This document shows positions 28,601-40,300 of a stretch of DNA of 64,000 nucleotides, piece after piece (within the stretch, counting starts at the first letter, position 1; the number at the start of each line of letters is the position of its first letter). The notes below the pieces were generated by a model that ran no database searches, was not told the DNA's origin, and was given only the letters and a program-made list of their open reading frames with translations. Source of the stretch: Balanoglossus misakiensis. Its lineage: Eukaryota > Animalia > Hemichordata. The stretch lies in contig CM082594.2 in the NCBI GenBank assembly GCA_040954595.2, positions 6,964,840 to 7,028,839 of the forward strand, written 5' to 3'. The position numbers and the translations under genes were made by a program.

Positions 28601-31600
28601 ATGCAATATTGGGAAGAATATGGAAGTGTTTGTGAAAGGATTTTCTTTCCAGCTTCCATATCGTTTAAGAGAAATTGCTTCTTGGAATTCTCCCCTTGCG
28701 CTCAATCATTTTCGCTGGGGTAACAGAAGAAGTAGGGTGCACTAGATACATGTGTAAGTCAGAAAATAGTCGCTTGCTGATTGTTCAAAGAAGGTATACT
28801 AAACAGCTCTTGACATGAAAGGTTCTAAACATAAATGTGTGTGTGTGTGCATGTACATGTACGGTATGTTTGCCTGTAATTAAGTTGCTAAATAATCACC
28901 CAAAGAAAAAGTTATGCACCATAACTTGCTTTTCAAAACAAAACTTTTAACCTGTGAGTTTTCGGGTGCATTTCTACGTATGCACAATATAAGCAAACGA
29001 TTGCTGACACAACTCAAGCATTGCTTCTGAAAAATGATTTCACTGGTGTGTGTTTACTGTTTTCAGACACTCAATTAAACCTTCGTTGGCAGTACAAGGA
29101 GTTTGCCCCTTGTAGCCAGAATCACTCAAGCTTGATGGTTTCTTTTGCAAAAGACTTCTGCGTACTAAAAAAACCCCGTAGCTTTAAGGATCATGCACGA
29201 ATCTCACCAGATTGGGATTACATTATCGGATAATCAGAAATAATCGCCACTAACGGCCAGCAAGCCACTGAAAAAGACCCTGCTCAGACTTAACAATGGT
29301 TGATCCCAAGGTGTATAATTTTGAAAGCAGCTTTCGTAATCATATAGCTTTTATGCAGAATTCTGCTTTAAACAACATTGCCATGAATAGTAAGTCCCCG
29401 TTCTGTCCCAGTATTGCCCATGATGCCAGACTGTTAAATATGTAAAGTCCGAATTGTGTTGGCGGTAAAACGATGGACATACACGTCTCAGAAGGGACAA
29501 TATTTCAGATCGACAAACGCTAATTCAAGTTGGAGCTGCTGGGAACAAAGTGAACTGATTTTTCAAGGAGACATAAAGGACACAGCTTTGTTGCCTCCAG
29601 TTGCTTATAGGCCTGAGGACTGTTTCAGTTTTGATCACAGGTGTACACGAGGTATATTGGAAGTGAAGGTAAAAATGACCCAAAGGGACAGATATATTCC
29701 ATGAGTCCGGATTTCAGGAAGTACGAATTAAAGGAAGGTAGAATTGACGTCGGAGACAGATTGTCTGAAGAATGAAATGCCCCCAAATCTTTTCTTGCTG
29801 TGTTTAAATAAAGTTTATGTGACTCCAGTGAAGGAGTACGGACGTTCAGCATCTCATTTTCAACTAAGTGAATAATTGAAAATCTCCTTGTGGGGTTAAC
29901 ATTTAAATTTTGCTCCATCTGAAGTAACTTGTATTTGTGAGTGTTGGGAAAATGGCCAAATTTGCCAAATGTTACATGTGGGATTTGTCTTTCTAATTTC
30001 AAGAAAATATCTAAATTCAGTAACTTTCATATGCCTTCAACAATATGATATGAAAATACCATTTAGTGTGACCTGATATGGTAAATAAGAAGGGGAGAAT
30101 CTTTCAGATTAGCAAAACCTGAATACTCGTGTTAACCGACCATACATGTAGTATATTGATATGCATTGATACATGCCGCCCTGTGTAGTACGAGTAGATA
30201 ATGTGATTGGAAATAAACCAGGTCCATATTTTTGCATGTTTCAAAAAGAATAATTAAGTAGTTCCATCACCGTCAATTGTGCAAGATATCATACACAATA
30301 TAAATGTGTAATGGTCTTGCGAATAGATTCATTAACTCAGTACATAACAGGTTTATTTCAAAGAACATCTCATGCTGTCAGTGCGGCCCGATGAGTTAAA
30401 AGGTGTCTAAAAATATCACATTTGTGATCTTGATATGCTTTCATGGTCTTCGCAGAATGTCGTAGCATGATTTATTCACGATCTTGCATTTGTCAAAGGA
30501 ACATAATGCCAGATTTCATCAGTTTTGCCGAAGAAAAGCAGTGAATATCTCGTTGACAGCCGCGGCTTTTGAAAATGTATGTGCATCGCAGCGGTGTCAC
30601 AGGCTCGGTAGAACTATGTTAAACTTGATGAATGCGCTCAGTATCACGGGCGGCTTATCACGGATGTCAACAAAGTCGGTCACATTTCTTCACAGCTTAA
30701 TCGTTGTATTTTGCGGAGAGATTTACGACGTTGTCCGGCTTACCGTCTCGCTGAAAAGCAATCGTGATTTGAGCTCGGATGATGGGATTTAAACAAATTG
30801 TTGTATTATCAATATTTTAAGAGATCACCCGGCGATCCGCGCAATCAAGATTTATTCCTATAAGGTGTGAAGAAACTAGTTTGGTCTAGCCGCGGTGAGA
30901 TGATTTAATTTAGAGAGTGCGTGGGCCCAGAAGTGATATATTTCGTATTCCTGACTGAGCAACCAATGAAAGCACCGAAGGGATAACTTATACATTATGC
31001 CGTACACGCACTAGTTATTAATCGACTGAGATAAAGATGCCGCAATAATAGCAAGAATATGAATACACCAGACTAGATTTTAACCTCTTTCTCGCACGGT
31101 CTCGAGGAGTTCGGACATGGGTCCATTAACTTTACCGACGGCATGTATGGAACAAGGGCATCGCCCAACTAAAAAAGAATCTAACCCAATGAACAAATTC
31201 CACTGCAGTGCACTATAGCCGTAAATCTTGAAAGTTTCTTGTTCATATACTGAGTTTTGAAACTGCTCACCGACAGAAACCTCGAGACAATTATGCCGAT
31301 ATCATCGTACAGAGACCTTGCGGATTATACAGTGCTCTCTCGATTGACGTTCATTTTATTGAATCTTTTGTACGGCAACCAAAATGGCAATGTTAATCCC
31401 GCGTCACAGGGAGATAGAATGTCATTTGCTCTTGCAAATGCCGGTGTAAATCCGTTTATTGATAACGGAATTACATATAGTTAACGATTTTGTTGAGCTG
31501 TTCCCCTTTTCATTAGAGCACAAAGACTATGTGTTGACGCTTCTCAAGTTGTTAAAAGTTGGTTTATGCGACCGATGTAATAACTGTCGGCTGTCAGGGA

Positions 31601-32361
31601 TGACGAAATGAAATTCATATTGTACGCGACAGACTTCGGACTAACCTTTTAAAGCTTTTTGCTATGATGCCAGAACACAAGGATATATATTCCGGTGACC
31701 AGTTCCCAATGCTAGGGCAAATGAATAATTACCCTTTCCAGTAAATTCCATTACTGCACTGGCATAACCATGCCATCGCTGTTCATTCTGTCAGAAAAGA
31801 CTGATGCTTAACCAAAAAGACATTCAACGCCCGTGGTATACTGATATCAAAATGCACATCCTGCAGGGACCGGGGCTTTTAAGGTCTGCCATAAATGTGG
31901 CATGCTGACTTCAACTGTCCGCCAGGACGAACAGCTGTTGACATCTTGTGGGTGCTTTTATCCATTCTCCGGAAACAAAAAACCCAAGGCAAATCCATCC
32001 GTGATATTCTCCCGTGGAGTCAAAGTCATACATATATGAGCGATCACAACAGAATGAATGATAATACCCATATGCCCGTGCTTAGGAAGTATAACATAGT
32101 ACTATTTTATTCATTGAACACACAAATCGTTGAGTTACATTTGACAGAAAATCAGTACCTCTAACCCAAATTAACAAAGCAATCAAATCAGGCTGCCCAA
32201 AACACAAAAATTAAGATCCTATGTAATTGTGTAAACTAGTGTAAACGTAATATCTATCGAAATGTCCAGTCAAAATACAACGCATAGTTTTTTTTCTTCT
32301 CTGCCATTGAATTGTTTTCCCTGTACACTATTTGTATAGTATATCATATTGGATATATAAT

Positions 32362-32367
32362 TTTATT
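32362..32367 (-). terminator. Candidate polyadenylation signal of gene B
   Basis: AATAAA on the minus strand about 690 nt after the stop at 33056, a similar distance to gene A. Confidence 0.35.
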
Positions 32368-33055
32368 GATATGATGAAGTCTGAACGTTGGTGACATAAC
32401 CACTTGAAAGTTCATCAAAACATAATTTCACGTTGTAGGTAGTAGTAAGCTTGGGGAAAAAAGAAAACATTAATTTCACAAATTCAGAAGTTTTTCATTT
32501 TATGTTCAGCCTGATGTATTATTCTAGATCTGTGTGTGAGAGTCAGTTGCTTTAGACTAATTGAGCCCAAGAGAAATTCTATAAGTGATGGTAACCCTGT
32601 TTCGAGACGTCTAAGCTTGTTGTTCCTGGCAAATGGAGGGGCTGACTGGAACCTAGCTGTAGCTTTCAGCAGACATATCTGAATGCAAAATTACCTGGGG
32701 GAAAAGATCAAACAAGTATATGTATTAGAAGTGACGTTTGAGTAGTAGTGACGGTGCATGCACACGGCCCGCAGACAATCGACAATCACCGTGTATCAGT
32801 AAAAGCGTATAGGTTCGTGCCAAGATTTGATTGACAGCGAACAAGGGATAATATCATTTGCATAATGGGTGACGTCTGTGCAGAAATGTCCTACGTCGGG
32901 TTGGAAAGCTGCGAGCCAGAGTGAGAATCTATAGCCGACGTCATCACTATCGTGCACGCAAATGCAAACGTCACGACTTAATGAGCAGGATGATGGAATA
33001 TGAGAATGGGCCAAGTAGAGACGTTAATACGCACCTATGATTAAACTGTGACTTC

Positions 33056-33204
33056 TTACTTATCCTCTGCAAATAAGCCTTTGTTTTCCTGTTGGTCGGG
33101 AGAGTTCGACAGTCTTGACATTTCTGAATCAAGAACTTGCAAGACATAAGGGAGAAGAAATTTCTGTAGTTCTGCGTTCCTTTCTGGTGATGTGGCCGAT
33201 TTGT
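33056..33204 (-). CDS. Gene B, last coding exon (DKSATSPERNAELQKFLLPYVLQVLDSEMSRLSNSPDQQENKGLFAEDK*)
   Basis: Acceptor TTCTCTGCAATTATTTTACAG|AC (AG at 33206-33205). The phase-1 frame is open for 149 nt to TAA at 33058-33056 and gives an amphipathic helix plus acidic tail like gene A. The intron of about 3.84 kb is inferred. Confidence 0.8.
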
Positions 33205-33283
33205 CTGTAAAATAATTGCAGAGAACATTAAGTGATCGGTATTATACTCCTTTCCCTTCTCTCCAACAACTTTGACTATGGCA

Positions 33284-33285
33284 TC

Positions 33286-33317
<32 letters not shown>

Positions 33318-33370
33318 CCAGTGCCTGCCCGCCTGTCTGTCTCTCACTCTCTCTCTCTCCCTCTCTCCCC
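33284..33370. repeat. (TCTG)n + (CT)n microsatellite near the 3' end of the gene B intron
   Basis: Direct reading. Confidence 0.9.
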
Positions 33371-36300
33371 TACCTCTCAGCAGCTTCGAATGTGACTTGA
33401 CTGCCGAAAGTCACTCTATTCTCTATCAAACTTTACATTATGTTACTTCATAGGTCAGTGCGTTACTGCACGTGACACTCCCTGGTTATTCAAACATCCG
33501 GGCATTCGTTTTTGCTCCTTGGCAGGGTAACTTCCTGTGCCTACTGCAACTGAAAGGCAGTCTTTTTGATACTTGCGCTGTTCGCTCTGAGTGCTTACAT
33601 GTACTTTCCGTACCCAGAGGCAAGACTGTGTTACAGTTTACTTCCCATCGATCAGCAGAATGGGTTCTTTTGATTAGTGGAATAACAATGCAGCTATTTC
33701 TAAATTAAAGCGTGATATTTAAAAAAATGTTTTTCAGAAAGAGTCCTGAGGAATATCAGCAGCTTTGGTACAGACTGATATTTACAGTGAGCACTTTGGA
33801 TCAGTAAAACCTAAAATACAGGAAAAAGAAATAAATAGCCGAACAGTTTAAATATTTACGTCTGTCTTTAGAATTTCTTGGCGACATTCAACCCATAATC
33901 CATAACCACAGATAGATAATGGGTGGGAAACTTTTAAGATTTTTCGCTCAGTCGAGAAAAATGTGGAATTTTTCCATTCCTTACATAAGAACTTTACTTC
34001 AGAGACTGGCGGCTAATACGTCTGACATTTGAAATCTTTACTGAAAAATTAGGAAGCTGAAATTTATTGTGCTTCTACCGTACATCATGATTAGTCTGTG
34101 ATTCAAGAGACGATAGATGCGTTCCATACAAAGATACCATTCAATGCATTTTCCTACTAACGCATGCATGCTGCCTCGACTTTTGACTTTATTTTGCTTA
34201 AATAACTGCAATTTTCGGCTGAAGATAACTATTTCGGAACAGACCTGAAATAACAGAAAGTCAATAGAAACGATGGAATTTGTACGATATTGTTAGAAAT
34301 GCCAAACGACGGCCCCGGAAGAGGTTTATTTTACCCCTTCCTTCTCAGAGAATAGCAATCTGATTTGTTGTCAAGCGGGCGGGCGTATAGCCGTAAAACG
34401 TATTCATAAAGAGCAAAGTTAGGGAGCTCAATCTTCTGAACCACTTACTGCACAGGGTCGTTAAGGAGTTAAACAGACCCACCATCTTTTGTCGCGTTAG
34501 AAGTCTGCAAATTTTGATTGTGTTCTGGTGTTGTCCATTCAAATTTCTGTCATTAATGTGTCATATTTTGGAATGAATCACTCTTTAAAAAGAAAGACAC
34601 GCCAATTTAGAAAAAGAAATCCGCACCAAGATTAATTAAGTTATAAACAGCTTACATTTCTGTCATCTCGTTTACCACATTTGCCGATGCATCATTAAAC
34701 AAGATAACTGTTGATTTAATGTTGTGAGCTTCCATTTTCAGAACATTAAAGTTTTCGAGTACATCAACTGGGCGATAAAAGAGTTAAATACTTTAGCTTG
34801 GAGCAATCACACCTCTGGGATATACATGTAAAATTGGTTGAGTTGAAACAGGCAACTCGAGATATAAATAGTTGTTCTTCGGAGTATATCACCGCATTTA
34901 CTTTCAAAGTACCGGTACAGTAGGCGATTACGTCGCGACTAAAACAACATTTAAAACCCTCGTTTTTTGAAAGTTTCGAAATCAGAAAGATAGCAGAGGT
35001 CAGAAAGGGAAATGGAGTTAGAGTGGATGTGAATATCACTTGGTGGTGTCTGATGGGGACGATCGTCTCCCTCTTAGTTTTAAAGACAATTGCTTGGATG
35101 TTTATGGAGTTTTGTCCGAATTAGGCGGGCGTGTTTCACGGCTGGCTCGCGGTGCTCACGTTAATCAGGAACCCGTGTTCGAAGAAACACTTTGTTGCGA
35201 CGGGCGCCTGTGATCACACCGTAAAAGGCAGGCTGTCTGATGAGCTTTTGAGAAGATAAATGAGCCTGTGTTAACTGTTTGCGAAGATTAATTAAGCCGG
35301 CGTGGTTGCTCGATTGATCACGTCCTCAATTCAGGAACACTAATCCCGACCAGCCACAGATAGTAATTGGTGGCGATTTGATATTATTGTACACACAAAA
35401 ATTACTACCTTTAGGTGATAGAATGGTAGGGAGGAAGCGTGATAAAATAGTGGTTTAAGAGCGTTAAGCTCCAAGAGATCCTCAGGAAATTATGCTGTAC
35501 CTACAATTTGAATGGGGTTTTGTTGCACATAGCGTCCTTAGAATAGTTAATTGGGAAGTGACGTAGATGCTACCGGATATGACGAACAAGAGTACAGATA
35601 AACTTATATGCAAGACGAGTCTGTCTATCACTTATGGACATTAAATAATGAAAGACGTAGCCTTAAAGTGTGTGTGTTTAAGTGAAAAACCATGAATGTT
35701 TAAAATCCCTCGCATTGATATGCTTGTAACATCTACTCGATCCCTGAGGGTGTTTGACACAGGATGATCCGGGACAACTTGTCACATTGACAGCACGTGG
35801 GCGCCGGAAACTCATCTTCTTCAGAAAGAACTTATTTGAGTGTCTACCATTCAAAAGGACGAAACTAATAAGTGAAAGTTTTTTTGTCTTGTCACACAAC
35901 TGTACTATGGAACCACGTTTTCAACAAAAGGCTACAGATGTTAACACTTTGAAAACTCTTACTTTTAAATAAGGGAGACTCTATGTCATGCAATGTAAAC
36001 TCCAAAGTACTTCAACAGGCCTATGAATAAATTTGGCCAGTTCATTGGCCGACGTACACAGGACACAACTGAAATGACACAAACATTCCCTTACAGTAAG
36101 CAGAAATTTATACAGAGGAAAAATTAATATATTCACCAAGGGAGAAAAACGGGTTGGGGTCACATACTGAGCAAATATGGCCACTGAAAAAGATTTGAAG
36201 CTACTTCGCCATGTTCTTTTGCAATATTGTAATTGAAAAAACCCACAGACTGATAACCAACGAAAAATATAGGGATTTTCCTCCTGCTTTCCCTATCCTG

Positions 36301-37043
36301 AGTTTGAAGTACCTGTATATTAGCCTGTTTTACAGCAATTACCATCTCCTGCACTGATTGAGTGTTTGAGTGCTCGCATAGGAAACGTGGCCTGTTCCGC
36401 TCCGGCAACGACAGAATGGCTTGGCGTTACGACAGAACGACTGTTTGAAATCTCCGTAATGGCATTTTTCTGTCGTACATGCAACGCCCTCTACACAAGA
36501 ACTGTAAACAGCAGATCTCGACTGATCGGAAATCACGATATAAGCCAGCGAACTACAACTCAAGAGCTAAAGGTTACAAATCTGAGAACGCCTCTGGCCT
36601 GTGTGTTCAGTAAAGTGGTATGGGGGCCGTGCCCGGAGACTAGTGCTTTCCTACTGCGAATGATTCTAAAAAAATACTCACGAAGCAGAAATTTATCAAT
36701 ATGGAACACACTGTGACGGCGGTGAACCCTGCGTGTCGTAACACTATCCCCTCCCGCCATTTTCTGGTAGCGATGGGAAATGATTCTCGTGTCTTCAGCA
36801 CACAAGAGATAGTTCTTGCGGCTACGTTTCAGTTCTTTAATGGTCACACCGTTGTTGGCGTCAAATACAAGCCAGTATTGTTTCCCCCCAAGAAGACCGT
36901 TGCGATGTACGTTTTAAAAATAAACCACGTCGTCGTGAGAGGGTTTGGGGGGTCAGATCTGGTGACATACATGTACAACCACAGCATGTCTATGCAACGC
37001 ACGACGGGAACGACAGCATTATGTAAATATCTTTGGTTATTAC

Positions 37044-37221
37044 CTGCCCTCTTTCCTATTCCTATATGGTGAAATTGGTTATATTTGAGTTTATGGTTTC
37101 CACGTTTGTCCTCGTCGTTGTCGTTGCCCGGCCTCCAGAAGATGTCCCTATTCGGTTGCGCGTTTATGCAAACGACAATAGCTATGAGAGCTACCATCAG
37201 ACCCAAAGTAGCCGTGTGCAT
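37044..37221 (-). CDS. Gene B, first coding exon: signal peptide + QPNRDIFWRPGNDNDED + KR + GNHKLKYNQFHHIGI-amide + GKR (putative neuropeptide precursor)
   Basis: ATG at 37221 in ACAACATG context. MHTATLGLMVALIAIVVCINA is a typical signal peptide, followed by KR and G-KR processing sites. Acceptor TTTCCCTTTATGTTTACAG (AG at 37272-37271, 49 nt before ATG). Donor GCAG|GTAATA (GT at 37043-37042) after 59 codons + 1 nt, so phase 1. Confidence 0.88.
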
Positions 37222-37335
37222 GTTGTAGTATTTGCCGTCTCTTCCTGTGGGCACGTTGTTCTTCCCTGTTCTGTAAACATAAAGGGAAATGGATTCAGTT
37301 GGACCATTTTGAAAATTAATGTACAGCAAGTTTGC

Positions 37336-37366
37336 TTTATATAACAACGCTAGAACCATGTGACGT
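37336..37366 (-). promoter_or_regulatory. Possible proximal promoter of gene B (TATA + half-CRE)
   Basis: Minus-strand TATATAAA at 37343-37336 and TGACGT at 37361-37366. This competes with the splice acceptor at 37271. Confidence 0.3.
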
Positions 37367-40300
37367 TTATGTTAGGAAACACAAAGCAAATTAAGACCAT
37401 GTTAAGCAGAAATGATCATCATTTGCAATGTAATTGAATAAGTCAGTACATGAGATTAGTTAAATTGGTGTTACGTAGAGTAGATAACAATTCTGTGGCT
37501 ATTTTCAAAAGAAAATGTTCAGAGATATCTCCACCACAACCACCATCATCTGTGTCGTCATTGCTCATCGTTGTCTTCACTGTCATCGTGACTATCTTCT
37601 TTCGTGAAGACATTATTATCAAAATCCCGTAGTATTGAGGTTAATCACAATGAGATTTTTCTCAATAGCACTCTGTCCAATTTAATTTCTAAATATCAGC
37701 GCGCAATAAGACTTAAAAATAATATCACACCATCTTAGGAAAAAAAATGAAATTGCTAGACCAATTTTTTTTTTTTTTAGAAATCGCAGATGTGTTTGAT
37801 CAGAAGTGTTTCTACAAGGTGCGTACTAAAACCGTCGTAATAGATTGTTTGCAGCATTATCGGCACAACAATGTGTTTGATTATCTTTAAGCCTGTTTCC
37901 ACGATGGAGCATTTGCGACTGAAGGATTAGGAAGTTCTCAAGCGAGCGTATATGTTCACATCACTACTACATTTAACGCATGCGCTGTCTTCAATCCATG
38001 CGGCGTGTGGATTAAAGTAAGCTTGTAATGGTTTCACGCATTGGTTCGGATAGAGAAATAAAATGTCTGCGCACTGTCATTGGCATAAGTTTCATATTAC
38101 ATTTATGTTTCTAGTTATCACCATCGTAATTGTGCCGAAGTTAAACCTATATTAACGTAGAGATTAGGAGACACGGATGAGAGTAAACCGATATGGGACT
38201 TGGAACTTTATTGGTTTATCGAGTATATCACTGTGCTGGGCTTAGCATCATTGAAAATTAAAATGCAGTCCCCAAGAGAACTCAGCGTGTACACTTTACG
38301 AGGAGACTTGAACTGTGTCGCGACACAATTCTGACGGAACGTTCCACAATATATTTTGTCTGTAGGTTTACTTATGATCTATGACCCCGGAGTTGAAAGC
38401 GTAGCACAGAATCCGAAAACAATTTCAAACGACCTTTTCATAATTTGACCGCATTTCTGGGAGCTTCTATGGATTAAATGTCACCTACTTGGCGTACTTT
38501 CTTAGTGTCTTCGGTCAGACTTTTCGAAAAATGTTTTCCTCATAAAACCATTACCGTGATTTTTATAAGACTTGTCTGATAATCGTACATTTTGCGCTCC
38601 ATCATAGTCGTCGCCAAATGAACTATGCTTTATTGTCATCTAAGTTTTTCATTACACCCACGAGATTCGCGTTTGCAGTTCGATCTTTCTCGAAGAATAA
38701 GGCTGATGAATCAGGAAACTAGTGCTGTTGGAATGACTTATCCAGAGCAAAACAAACTTATTCGACCCATTCTCGTAATTGTACGGTACAGAGTGGCAAC
38801 TTCTGTTACATGAAATCATGATTTCCAGGAAGTATACATTGCCTTTGTCGATGATTCAAACCCACGCTTCCTTATAGCTAAAGCATGAACATTTCAATTA
38901 GGTATTTTACAATCTGCGAAGTCATTCAGCAAATTCGGATAGGGATCAATTCATCTGATGAGGCATCATTGATCTATCATCGCGACGTAATCTTTTTTAG
39001 TTTGTAACCAAAATTGCGTCTTGGTTGACCACCTGCAACGCCTAGCAAGTATACGTAAATACTGGTTGTCATGGCAAAAATGACGTAAATACAATGTACC
39101 CCCATTCACTGTTCGCAAAACTGCGTGCTACCATGTAACTTTATGACATCACCGCTTTTAGCATCGAGGACCTGCAGTCTGTAGGGCTGGACTTGACTGG
39201 TCCATACGCGGAATCTGACTGCCGAATCATGTATCAGATGTCATAAAAGGCCGTAGATTTTCTGTTCATAAATGGAAAGTGTCTGTTTATTCCCCATTAG
39301 TCGATCAAAATGTGAACAATTACCCCAACACATGGAGGATCTGGGCAATGTCACAATTAGCTGTCGTCAACTGGCTTTCCACCCAAAAAAGTTAATTTTG
39401 ACTACATACTCAACAAAGACAAGACCTGACTACGACTTCCCAGTTCTCTAACTGGAAACACAATCGGTTCCTTTGTCGCAGGCATATCCACTTCTGCGCG
39501 GTAAATTTAATAATTGAATCAATGTGAGGGCGAATACTCGCTTCACTCGTAGTCTTTGTATGTTATCATTGCATCGTAGCTACAGGCCAGAGTCCCCTAT
39601 CACTAACATATCATCAGCTACATCTTCTGTTTGTGAAAATGTATGGGCTCATGTCATTTTAAAGAAACTCAACATAATCTCAGAGTCAACTTTTTACCAG
39701 CCTTAATTCATGTCCTGAGGTTTGATTTTCGTTTAATCAAAATATCACAGCCTACGCACACACTCGTGTCAGACTTTCTGAGAAGGCATCAAAAGTTAAT
39801 CATGAAGGATCAAGTCGAATGTGTCAACATTCCTCTTGTTAAACACATGGACATTTCTTACATTATAAAAAAAGTTAACAGATCCCCCCCCCCCACAAAA
39901 AAATGTCTATCCCTTAAGAATATTCTCTTTCTATGCGTGATCTACATATACATTGACACGCACAGCGTTAAAAGCGAAAAATCAAACTAATACCGTATAT
40001 CAACCGACGAGTTCCCTGCCAAATATGTCTATACAGAAATTCAGACTTTCCATAAATGGAAGAATTAGTTTTGTTTCGCCGTAGGTGTGCATATTCTGTA
40101 AAAACTAATTAAAAGTCAGTCCGTGGAGATTCGAAGCGCCGCTGAATGTGCCCTGATTCTGGAGTAATGGCATACACCTTTAGGCCCTGTCCATTCAACT
40201 ATACTATTCAATTATATTAATACAACAATAATCTTAAATATATGACAGGACAAATTACAATCAGAACACAATTCGATACCAATTTTTAATACATCCCGTC

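Noticed and set aside
36861-36958. Alternative phase-1 last exon for gene B (DLTPQTLSRRRGLFLKR...CI*) after a short intron
   Set aside because: Poor polypyrimidine tract and no similarity to the gene A last exon. It cannot be fully excluded without RNA data.
36844-37359. 171-aa ORF from the track taken as the full gene B protein
   Set aside because: Only 37221-37044 looks like a precursor. The flanks are read-through across a clear acceptor and donor.
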